From Rhodosorus marinus CCMP1338 (lineage: Eukaryota; Plantae; Rhodophyta): a DNA stretch of 64,000 nucleotides. The notes beneath the pieces are model-generated. The model made no database searches. It saw nothing but the letters and a program-made list of their open reading frames with translations, and was not told the DNA's origin. Below, piece after piece: positions 12,690-24,226 of the stretch. The DNA lies in contig JAMWBK010000003.1 in NCBI GenBank assembly GCA_029953675.1, positions 1,550,001 through 1,614,000 of the forward strand. The letters are read 5' to 3'. The position numbers and the translations under genes were made by a program. Numbering within the stretch: the stretch's first letter is position 1; each line of letters begins with the position of its first letter.

Positions 12690-14224
12690 TTATACCTCGA
12701 CAGTCTTTTCCGCGTCAATGTCGTCCTCGACAAATCCCTCCTCCTTCTCAGCTTTGTGTGGAATCTTCATGGACTCGTCAAAGCCCAGGTTGTCTTTTGC
12801 TGGAGGGCCGGTCTCGAGGGGCTCCTCAGGGTACGCAGATCCTCCGTGCTTGGAAACATCGTTTCCGAGAATCTCGATTTCAGGAGAGATTCGAAGAATT
12901 CCGGCAAACTTGAAAATAAGGAACAGGCTTCCAATGAGAGCTGCAGTCCATGCAGCGATGACCAGAATCGCAATGCAGTTTGCACCCAGCAACACTCCAC
13001 TCCTTGAATCAGTATCAGGGTTAATGTAGAACGCGCCAGTGTGGATGACTCTGTCGCCGTCGACTCCCAGTCCTGCGTTCAGTTGGCCCCATGGAGTGGA
13101 AAACAGTCCAACAGCGAAACATCCCCAGGCGCCGCAGACACCATGAATGGGGAATGCCTCCAGAGGGTCGTCAATTTTCAGCTTTAGCAGAGCCCACCCA
13201 CCAAGCAGGTACAAACCCCCACCGATGCCGCCGATGACCACGGCTGCGTACGGCTCCGCTGAAAAGCATACCGCCGTGATGGACACCAACCCAGCGAGCA
13301 CTCCATTGAGGACCGAAATCAGGTCGAAAATATGATCACGGATCTTCACAATGATTAGGACGACAAGACCAGCGGCAGCGGCAGCGAGGGTGGTTGTCAC
13401 GGCACAACGCTGGGCAGTAAGCGTACTTCCGGTCCCAAAGATGGCCAACGTAGATCCAGGGTTGAATCCATACCAGCCGAACCAGAGGATAAAGGTGCCT
13501 AGTGTGCACAGCGTAGCGGAATGACCAGGCATGGGGACAACATTGCCTTCTGCATCAAACCTGCCCATCCTCGGTCCTACAAGGATGGCACCGACTAGCC
13601 CAGCGACACCACCAACCATGTGCACGACAGAGCATCCGGCGAAGTCGATAACTCCTACCTCAAAGAGTGTACTAAGCCAACCACCTCCCCATACCCAGTG
13701 CGAGACAACCGGATATACGAAGGACGTCAGGAAGAACGCGTAGCCGAGATATGCGTAGAATGATGTTCTCTCAGCCACAGATCCGGAGACAATGGTGGCT
13801 GCTGTGGCGGCGAACGTCCACTGGAAGAAGAACGAGACGAACGCATCCTCGGGCAAGTTAGCCAGCGCGAAGTACGTGTGTCCAATGAAGGGGTTGACGA
13901 TTTCCTCATCCGTGTCCGGGTCTATAGGATTTCCGTAAGCGAAAGCATATCCGAATATCCAATAGCCCATTGCTCCTACGCACGCATCCAGCAAATTCTT
14001 GAGAAGAACGTTCTTGGTGTTCTTGGTCCTCACAGATCCGGCTGTGAGCTGTCGCATACAAATGATCAGGAAGTTAGTACGTGATAGCCATTGAGGACCA
14101 TGCTCGTGAATTGTTCATCGGAACTCACCATTGCAAAGCCGTTCTGCATCATGAACACCAAGTATCCTGAGAACAGGACAAACATGGTGTCCAAGGCCGC
14201 GGTCGTTTCACCCTCAAAGTCCAT
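12690..14224 (-). CDS. AMT1: Ammonium transporter, AMT1 type (paralogue B); 2 exons
   Basis: Exon 1 MDFEGE...MMQNGFAM, intron 14049-14128, then LTAGSVRTKN...FFFQWTFAATAATIVSG, DFAGCSVVHMVGG, WFGWYGFNPGS, PIHGVCG, LRISPEIE..GNDVSKHGGSAY. Confidence 0.97.
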
Positions 14225-17200
14225 GCTTGCCACTGTACGCTCCCGAAGTACTCAACTCAACACTACAACCAGAGAAGAATGAGTGTAACCCTGCCCGAAC
14301 GCACTAGCGCCTACCTCCGACGCAGCGCAGAGAGAAAGATCAGGCCAGTGTATATATAGTCTTTCGGCGCCGTAGGAAAACTCCAAATGTCTCCCAAACA
14401 CCCACCCCTTACCACATCACAATTTTGGTACAGAATGTCTTTTCCCAACCTCGCGCGAGAGGAGAAAAGAGGGGGAGGGGGGGGTGTGTTGCTGTAACAA
14501 GGACAAAAAAACGGCCAGGGTGGTGGTTGGAGTTGTTTTCCCGTCATACAAGTGAAGATCTAAATACCCATCCGACTCCATAACAATCTTCAATCAAACA
14601 AACAACTCACCAAATTTTTCAATGAAAACCCCAGGAACTTATGTTGTTTCTATAGTCTCGAACCCCTTGGGCAGAAAGCCACCCACCCTACCTACCTAAG
14701 TAGGCACCAAGCTGAGAATCCATACGATTAACATCGAAGCTAAGAGTAGCGAAACAATAATAAAATAAATAGATATTTTCTGAAGCAGGAGAGACTCTGA
14801 CTCACCCTGTCGGAGGCTACTGGGGTTGCGGCGGGGGGTAGAGAATGCGATTTACTATGCTTCCGTTCACAGATCAAAATGAAATCAAAACGCACCCAAT
14901 CAGATATCGCAACCTCGCGTGAGCATGTAGGCTTCTCGATTTCTGGATAAAAGTTCGAAGATGTCAAAGACCTAAATCTTGTGTTGGACATTTGGCGAGA
15001 CGAACAAGCCTTGGTTAAGGCCCCCTAGCTCTTCCGTGGATTCGTTCACATTCTAGGAATTTCGAAAGTAATAAGCATGAAATGATTATTTACGCTAATA
15101 TTAACTACCCTTTGAATCTTTCGCGTTTTAGGAAACGTCCACACACGTTTCCGCTCGGAATTCGAGCAGCCATTACTCCGTAAAAGGACCCGAAAGTTTT
15201 ATGATATTAGATTGTTTGGAACGCCCAACCACGACGCGACCTTGGGTTTGGACTGGATCCCGAGTTGACAAAGAGGCAGAGAAGGGGGTGGTGTTGGTTT
15301 GGATTGAGAAGTGGAATTGATGTCTAGGTCAAAAAATTTCGAGCAACGTCCACATCAAAAGAAATGCAGTTGTCTTTTTTTTTGTTTTTCCGCATAAGAT
15401 CTTTTTGAAGTTTAGTTTCGTATTTCCTGCAGAATGCAAATTTAAGTTTTTTCTTTGACGATCACTAGAGAGAGTGTTGGAAGGAATCCTGTCAGACGGT
15501 TTTCCAGGAATTTCTAAAGAAAACTAGAGTTTGAAAAGAAAGCAATCACATTTTAAAGTCAACCGTTTTCCCACGGGGTAGGTTCGCCAAGCATAGAACG
15601 GTTTCATACCCTCTGTGGCCCTTAAACCAATTCCTGAAAACAAAAAAACCTCCTAGACAGTGACACGATTTTATCGTTTTTCATCAGTTTAAGAAATAGT
15701 GTCGCTTGCAAATGTTGGTGGGGTAGGGCTCCCCTTCATCTTGGATTCTGCTGCGTACGTATCCAGCAAGGGGGTTCCACGACCGATGAACCGTTGGTAT
15801 TTATTTCAATATTCAAGTGGGTGTAGAGTTGTCTTTCTCACAATGTGTTAGGCTCTACTTTCGAGTCAAACCGCAAGAGCGAAGAAAGATCTCGCAAGCT
15901 TTTGTTCAATTGTTTTCACTTGGTAGGTTCTGGGATCCCGGACTTGTGCCCCTCATATTCATTGGTGGTCAACTCCTGTAAGAAATATTGATTGGCTTAC
16001 CGAGATCAAGACGAACCTGTTTATCCAATCCCTGCTGTGAGGTGGTTGACCATGTCATGAAAATTGAAAGATCCACAAGCTTCCGTTCAACGGAGTACTG
16101 ATTTGTATATCGAGGTTGGATGGGAGTTGCTTAGCCAATGATTTCCATCTAATTCGTAAACTTGTCCATAAATTTTGGCGGGTCATGGGAATACATGAGA
16201 ATATGAGGGAAAAAATCACGACTTCGCCAGGGAAGTGGATTCGAAAAATAAGTATTGGGCCGTTTACGAATCATGCCCTACTGTGCCCGCACCTGTAACG
16301 AACACGATTCGGCACTCAAACGGACCCAGAAGTAGAGGCTACGTCTCATTTTCTTTCACACGAGGGGAAAACTAGTGTGACCAGGCTCTAAAGGCGTGGC
16401 ATGATGTTTGTAGGGGCGGATGCCTGCTAAATTCCTCCCCCTTCCCACCCCCAACAAAGCTTTCAGTTCTGGTCCTCATACGCCTCGAAAGGCTATTGGA
16501 TTTCAGTCGATTTGTTTGGCAACCGCTTTCGACTGCAACTGACCAATTATACACAACCAACACTTGAAAAGATGGCCCACTGCAACTTTGAAAAGCAGCG
16601 GCTCTGGAGCGAACCGAGCCCATCTTCTTGGTCCGCATCGACGAAAGCTGAAGCTTGCTTTCTGGACAAATCCAGTTCAGACTCCCTCATTACCCAATTA
16701 TGAACCCATTTCCTGCTCCTAGGGCACACCCCCATGGTCGCTAGTTTTAGAATAACCCATGGTGGCGGTTGCCGGCTAGATCTAGAAATTGACTAGAAAC
16801 ACTTGGTCTTGTCCATGGATTTCAGGGGGTGGTTGTCGTCAAGCCAAGAACCAATGAAAATTGAAGATTTCGACCGGAAGTAGTCCATATGCCACGCAAT
16901 AGTCCTGCACACTGTTCCGCTTGTTATACCATCATCACCCCCGGAATTATGGGCAGTCCTTCGCGAACACGGCCAACAGCCGATCTTGATCCCCCTGGAA
17001 AATGTGCTCAAACCCTCATGTTGCGGCAAATGACCGGATGAAAATGAAACAACGGTCAAGCCCTGGAATTTGTTTGTCCTCTAGCCAGTTCTCAATCCCG
17101 CAACGGGGATTGTGGCTTTTGCGATACGATACATAATACCGCATCGGACTGATTTTTGGGTGGGGAACACCTCTACAACACACTCAGAAATGTTTCCTAT

Positions 17201-18038
17201 TGGCCATTTTACATGATGGCCTCGGGGCTTTTGTATACCTAACCTAGCCGTTTGTCGTCGAGAAATCCGATCAGGGAAATGGATGATATCCCATATCTTA
17301 CTCTATTCCAAGGGTCAAAAAACTTATTACCAAATGACAGCACGGCATTCCTATTTATATTTTAATCTTAACGTGGAGCACTGTGTCATGTTCCTCTTCG
17401 GGCGGGGGAGGGGGGTTGTAAGAAGAACTTTCGCTCTTCATGCTGGGCAGTGGTTTTTGTTCCACCAAAATGGGTACAATGGAGTTCATTTTTTCAGCTC
17501 CCAATGGCTCTAAAGTAACCGCATTGAAATCCAGCTATATTTGTTTTGCAATCAAAATTGTTTCAATGTACCCCTGGCGATTCGTTTAAAATTCTCTTTA
17601 AATACTTGTAAAAAGATTGTAAATCGTTCATCGATTTTTCAGAGGCTTAGTTTAAGAAATCAGAAATGAAATAGGGCGGGGGAAGGAAGAGGCACAGAAT
17701 TGTTTTCTGAAAAAATGTGTTGTATGTGATGACTGGATTTTGATTGTCTAAGGTGACTGGTTAAGCGGAAGAATGGTTGACTGCGATGAGTCCAAGTCGG
17801 TGGAGAGAGAAAATGGAACTGGGACGGGATTGGCTCTTTGAAATAAAAAGAATAAAAGTTTAAAGAAAATGTGATTTTGACGTTGGGGTAAGATTCTGTC
17901 CTTTCCTCGCGTTAGCGTAACCTTTTTTTTTTTTTTGGTTCCGCAATTTTAGGGGAGAAATCTACTAACGCAAGCAGAGGGACCAAACTTCGAAAGCTCT
18001 TGCAATTTTTTTTTGGCGGGGGGGAAAAGGGGGGGGAG

Positions 18039-18126
18039 GGGGTTGGCGGAGGACGCCCGTGCTCAATTGGGAGGGAAGGGAAGGGGTTGGCGGAGGACGC
18101 CCGTGCTCAATTGGGAGGGAAGGGAA
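18039..18126. repeat. Perfect 44-bp tandem duplication, G-rich
   Basis: ggggttggcggaggacgcccgtgctcaattgggagggaagggaa occurs twice (18039-18082 and 18083-18126). Confidence 0.95.
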
Positions 18127-20596
18127 GGGACCGGCGCAGTTCATCTCTCTCCGTCTCCGCCAGGCGTTCTCCAAAATGCTGATCTTTTTGTGGAATTGCA
18201 GGGGAGGAAAGTAAGAATCGTTTTCGTTTTTTCGTGATTGGGAAGTTTATGACCTGGTTGGGGCAAGATCCGGTCAGCGCTCGGCAACCACCATGTTGAA
18301 TTGTACAGCCAGCAATTGAGATCAAGCCAAATATGCCCTGGAATAAAGGTTCTTCGCAGCTTCTGCATGCTTCTCTTTGCTTAACCGCAGATACCGTTCT
18401 CAGGGGCATGCAGGCGCTTAAACCGTCTATCCAACCAGGTCTTTGCTCAACCTTCATAGTCTCAGTTTCTATCAGGTAGTTTTTGGATCTCTGCTTCCCT
18501 TCCTAGAGGTCCGTAGGGTTTGCCATCTCCCACGATGAGACCAGTTGGTGGACCTTTTGATATCTTGCCGGTAGGGGGCCGGAGAAAGTGTTTGTTTCCA
18601 TTTCTGCTCCGTCAAGCGCCTTCCGTGTTTACGATGCGGTTGGTAGAATCTTCCAATTTCCCTTTGGAAACAATGTTCGTTTCGCCGCTGAGGTAGCAGG
18701 GCGATCCGCAAGGTCTTGGACGCGTTTCTCAAGTGGTTCCCCGCTCATGAACATTTGAAATACTTTCGATTCTTCACGTGGCAAGGATTGCGATTACTAA
18801 CGACGATCTCATTTTCGAGGCAGATCGCTCCTGCGGAATGGGCTTTTCCAGTGTACCAGAACTCTACTAGAGGAACAGACGAAAGTCAAGAGTCATGCGC
18901 TTGGGGAATTTTCTCGTATTGCACGGTGGCATTGGACCTTAACAGTTAGCGAATCAATTCACAAGGGCCTACTTCTGACTCGAAAATGGGAAGATACCGG
19001 CTGAGCCTCCTTGCATCGACTTGGTTTAGACGAGCTTCCAACCTGCAGTAATATTCCGAATTCTTGATTTCCCTAATCGAGTTGAAAACCCCATCACAGA
19101 TGCCCCCGTCAATCTACTTCAAAACCGAATGTTTTGATCCAGACTGAAACAAGGCAATTGCATTCTACGAGGCAGTGAACGAATCGAGTGCGAATGATGC
19201 AGAGCTGAACAGTACCTCACCGTAAACAAACGCCCACATCTACAACCCAAAAAAGGGCAAAACATTAGGAAACGTGGTGATGGCTTCTGTACATGTTCAT
19301 AACCGTCGACAAAGTTTCTTTTACTTTTACGGTGCGCGAATAAACCCCAACCAGTGATGCCTCCGTGCGAACCTACTTTTAGTCAACATTTCCACAGAAA
19401 TCCAAACCTACTCGCGCTGCCGCGAAAATGAAGTCGAAGGTACCCAAAAAGACGATCTGGTCCTGTGAGATAAAATCCGAAGAGGATGCACAGGCTAAGG
19501 ATTGTCGGAGTATTTTCATCCGTCTCCTGTGGCATCTCCGGACCACCCTGGGAGAGGAAGTCTGGCCCTCGTCACAAACTTGACCTCATGCACCTTACCA
19601 ATCTCGGAAATTTGCACGAAGCACCACCAGAAGTATCGGGATATTGGTTTCACTCATGTAAACGGTGTTTTTCCGGGGTAGTGACCGGGAAAAACACCCC
19701 CAACCACTGTGAAACCTCCGAAAGCCGAGCGTCCGCTGATGACAAGCGGTCCCACATAAACACCATCCTATACCACCCTCCAGACCAAAATCCGATATAG
19801 GACTGCTCATTCTCCCTTTGAAGAACCTGAAAATATCATTTTTAGCTTAAAATATAGGGGGGAAAAGTCCAAAAGACCAGACCCGACATCTACCATCCCA
19901 CACCGTTCCCAAACCTTTGGTCGTCGCTTTTGGAATCCTTCTTCCCCAAGGGTTGTCGATAATGATCCAATTTCCGGTTCACTCAGCTCAAGCAAACGCG
20001 GACAAACTCGGGTTGTTGATTAGTTTTTGTGCTTTCAGACTGAAAAATAGGTTGTAAAACAGAACTACTTGAAACAACCTGACGATTGGAAGCCGTGGCC
20101 AGAAATCCTTCTGCGCCAGAATTCGGGTCGATCGGGTACTTTTGTACATCAGAGTAGAAACTTCTTTTCATTGCAGTGAATAAACTCAGCAACGAGTTTT
20201 CCTACTGGACTCATGCGTAGCTGTTTAGGACTGAAGACTTCTCTGGAGCTAGAATCATCAGAAGAGTCCCGAATATCGATCCAACTTCTTCCAATGTCGG
20301 AGATCGGGCATAACGACAAGCTACAGCGTAAAGGGAGAAAGAAATTCCGTTCTGACAAGGTTGATGAGTTGCCAAGAAGAGAGCTTTCGACTCCGTCTTA
20401 GCCTTTCCACTAACCACAGAACGTCCCGAGCTTTTCTTAGGGAGCTCCCGCTTGCCTCTCCGTGGAAGAATTATGATCTTTAGCTTCTTGCAATGTCCTC
20501 AGCTGAACGATCTCGATGACTGAGGAATGTCTGGGGCAAGGATCATAACTAGAACGGCTTCAGAGCAAAGGGTTCTAACACGCCGCCGGGATCAGA

Positions 20597-22027
20597 ATGG
20601 CGTTTGTTGGAAGCTTTCGAGCGTGCTATCGTCCATTTGTTCCAGCACAAGTATCTGATATCTGTGATAATGCTGCTTTGAATGTTCTGAAGAGAACCCG
20701 ACGTGTACCTGTGCGGATACCTGGCAACAGCAGCGATCCGGAAGTAGGAATCTCCTATGCAGAGTTCGGGCAGACGCATCCGGGAGCTCCAACGATTGTT
20801 CTTATTCACGGATTCGATTCCTCGCTGGTCGAGTACCGTAGGCTCGCGCCACTTCTGGATGACTTTCGAGTGCTACTGATTGATCTCCACGGATGGGGAT
20901 TCACTGAGAAACCTCGAGGACTAGACTATGGACCTGAATCGAAGCGACTCTATGCAATCTCAACTATCCAGAAACTCGTCAATGAGGGCGAAAAGGTGAG
21001 GGAAAACACAAACGCAGCAAGAGGCCAAGGAATAACTGTTAACAGGTGTATTGAGACGCAGTCGCTCTGCGCAAAAGGTGTACATAGGAGGGGCCAGTCT
21101 CGGAGGTGGCGCGGCCCTCGATTTAGCTCATTTCCGTCCCGATCTTTTCAAAGGAATCATACTAATTGATGCTCAGGCGTACGTCGAAGGTTCCCCAGGT
21201 CGGTTACTTCAGAGGGTCGTTCAAAGGCGAAAAGCGACAGCATAAAAACTAAGCATCGGCTCGTCTGTGTTGGTACCCAGGATCCAGTCTCATCTGGCCC
21301 TTGGACGTGCTGGGTATTCAGGTACTAAAGGCAAAGTTTCTCAGGCGGTTTGCTAGTGTTCAGAGCTACTACAATAGTGAAAAGTTCGCTACGGAGGATG
21401 CTATGCTTGTCGGAAGACTACCCTGTCTTACAGATGGTAATCGAAGTCCAGGCATCGAAACAAAAACGCGCGTGGAGCCTGTCCGCGGAAGCCAAATACT
21501 TCAAGAGCTACAACTCAACTGACATCAATGATTTCGGAATGGCCAGGATGGTTCGAAGCAAACCTCGACTTTCTGAAGAGCGATGGATACCGGAACAAGT
21601 CAAAGGTGAAGGAGATCAGCCAGGAGGCGCTCATCATCTGGGGAAGGCAGGACAAAATTTTGTCTGTGGAGAGCGTTGATCTGTAGGTGGAAACATCCCC
21701 AAATCAGTCTTTCAACTGACACTTTCAACTTTCGTGTTTTAGTACGATACCATGCCTTGATTTCATCGTCTTGGAAAATTCAAGACGAAGATTTCTCCTT
21801 CAGCTGAAGCTCCGGTACACGTCTGCCCGACTGTGTCCAGGTTCAAAGAAGATCTTGGTGAACGACTGGTATCATGCCATATCTTAGAGGAATGCGGACA
21901 CATGCCACATTTGGAGAAGCCAGATGAGACGGCGGAGCTTATTCGGAAGTTTGTTCACACAATCGAAGGAAAGGAGCAACCTTCCTCTGTTGTAGACGAA
22001 CCTATCTCTTCACAAATCGACGCTTGA
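20597..22027 (+). CDS. Plastid-targeted alpha/beta hydrolase, VTE7-like; about 5 exons
   Basis: MAFV start, IVLIHGFDSSLVEYRRLAPLL, DLHGWGFTEKP, nucleophile elbow GASLGG, LIIWGRQDKIL and CGHMPHLEKP (catalytic His). Short GT-AG introns connect the ORF fragments. Confidence 0.85.
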
Positions 22028-22039
22028 CTCTGAATGGAA

Positions 22040-22129
22040 GGTCTAGTAGCTCAGCGACAGAACCATAGTTTAGAGCAGAGAACTCATCAAGCAAGAGCTC
22101 AGGTTCGAAACCGGTGGTCTCGCTAGATT
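22040..22129 (+). pseudogene. Degenerate tRNA-like / Pol III type-2 promoter element
   Basis: A-box-like TAGCTCAGCGAC and B-box GGTTCGAAACC. The 5' GGTCTAG can pair with CTAGATT at 22123-22129, but the T-stem and anticodon arm are imperfect. Confidence 0.3.
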
Positions 22130-23490
22130 GGATTCTCGGGAATGATGCGACGACCCCCAACTCAAACGTTGTGGATCGGCCGTTACCTGAGCTTACGAGC
22201 TCCTGTTTTTTGGCCTTGAGTTCCGTAAGGGCCTATTTGGAGATATGTAGGACACAAGAACATTCACGGATTATCTTTTATTTGTTCCAAGCTGGTCACA
22301 GAAATCTTTTAGAGGTCATCAGCCGGAGCATAGGAGCTAGTCATATCATGTCTTGGATAGGAATCTGAAGCCGAAATGCTTTCCCAACAAAGCATCTCAT
22401 TGAATTGAGACTTCCGACTGGCAAACCAAAAGCTGACAGCGCTGAATCCTCGAAACTGCGTTAGCCAACTTGAAGCTAGGTAACCAAAAACCAGAAAGTC
22501 TGAGCTCGTTTTTTTTTTGGAAGAGTAGAGACGGAAAGCGAGCGAGTTTGTGTTACGCAGATGAGACAGTCTTTCAGGAATTTGCTGGGCTGTGCTTTCT
22601 AAAATTAAGGCTGCAGGTCGTGGCCGTCAGGTTGCCGTAATAGAGACTCTGAGGGCAATGCTCAAAGTTATTGTTTCCGGATTCGAGAGGAAGTCCCTCT
22701 TATGATCATGAACAGTGAGGAGTGGTGGAGGAGTTGCCCCTCTTCTGTATCGGCAGTGGATATGCAGGACTAGGCCTCTCCGATCAGAGTTCTTTCGTGG
22801 ACATGAGCCGGAATGTGGAGATTCCTTTGCATGTAGTCAGAAAAAGCGATAATTCTACACTATTGTGGCTAGGCAGGAACAGCTACCAGTGTGCTTCCGA
22901 TATAGACACTGTAATGCGATTAATAGTTGAAGATCGGCCGCGAAAAGAGCCATCATCAACTGATCAAGAGCACGTGGAGGGAGAGACGCCTGAGGGAAAG
23001 GGCGACGCTGCGTTAGTGTCTCCAGTTCTCCGACCGAGGGCATGTCAGTTGATGAAGCGCAGCCTCCGACAGAGCTTTATGTAGACGTTTCTGGAGGGTC
23101 GCAACAGACTGGTCGAGCAAGTGGATACACAGAAACGATCAAGCCTCTAACAGGAGCCTTGTAGCCCTCAGGTTCGCGTTGTGTTCATTCTTCTGCATAC
23201 ACGTCACTTTTTCCCTCAAGCCGCTGTAGAGCTGTTCGATAAAAAGCAACCTGAAGAATAAACAACAAAGCTAGGGGTTAGGAATCGATAGCGCACTTAG
23301 GCGCTGCAGTCTGCTGGCCTCGCCATCATTACATCTCCTTCCAAAACCCTCAGTGTCTCGGAAGATGCGTCGCACGAGGCTGAAGTTTCTTCTATTTTAG
23401 AATTCAGATCTTGAAGTGTACTGCAGTAGAAACGAAACTGTTCCTGTCAGCGATCTGTCTCAAGCTGTGCATAGGATTCATACTCGCCAC

Positions 23491-23751
23491 TCACTGTTTG
23501 TGAACCTCATATTCCTCTACCATCGATCTAACCAATTCTATACCCTGCTCTCTCGATGATTTTGCAGCAGTCAACCTTTCTACGTCCAACTTCAATTCCG
23601 TCACTTGCTTAGCCTTATCCGATAAGGTCCTTTGCAGTTCCTTCTCCAACCTCAAAAGTCGATCAAGGGAGTACTTGTCCAGATCAGAAGCTTTCAAATC
23701 ATAACTGCAAACTCCTAAGAATGTCAAGACAATCACAACCAGAAAATTCAT
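23491..23751 (-). CDS. Putative first exon of a small secreted or membrane-anchored coiled-coil protein
   Basis: MNFLVVIVLTFLGVCS (signal-like) is followed by heptad-rich LDRLLRLEKELQRTLSDKAKQVTELKLDVERL and a GTGAGT donor. Downstream exons are unresolved. Confidence 0.4.
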   Translation of the reverse strand: MNFLVVIVLTFLGVCSYDLKASDLDKYSLDRLLRLEKELQRTLSDKAKQVTELKLDVERLTAAKSSREQGIELVRSMVEEYEVHKQ

Positions 23752-24226
23752 CCTGACTACCTGACTCACAAGCACCCGCCCCCTTTCGCCAATGAACTCT
23801 GCTCAGCTGACTTAGTCAGGACATCATCATCCAGACCGTGCACCCCAGATTTAGTCATAAAATTGGAACGAGTCGGCTAAAAGATTTGAAGTTCCTTAAA
23901 TTGACTTCACTAGGGTCTATAATAGCCTACTTATTCCCCCAGAAAAGCTTTAAACTTGGTAAAAAACGAACTAAAATGGGAAAAACGTCCTTTGAGGACA
24001 GTATTTAGGAACGTATGTTGCGAGATTGGGTAATTGTATCTAGATTATGATTATTTAGTACGAAGTGAGTAATGAAAATGATCACATGCGCTCATAAATA
24101 GGACTAGTACCTTAAGTAATTTTTTGATTTTTTATTATCGAAGCGTATATTAGGATCATTTTCAGGACTTTTACATTAATCTGGGTCCAAGTAGGGACAA
24201 ACGGGTGTTCGCTGAAGAGGGGTATG

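Noticed and set aside
18175-18215. MLIFLWNCRGG resembles the LINE endonuclease start (WNCRG)
   Set aside because: A stop or splice donor follows immediately, and no QET, RT or other LINE motifs are found downstream.
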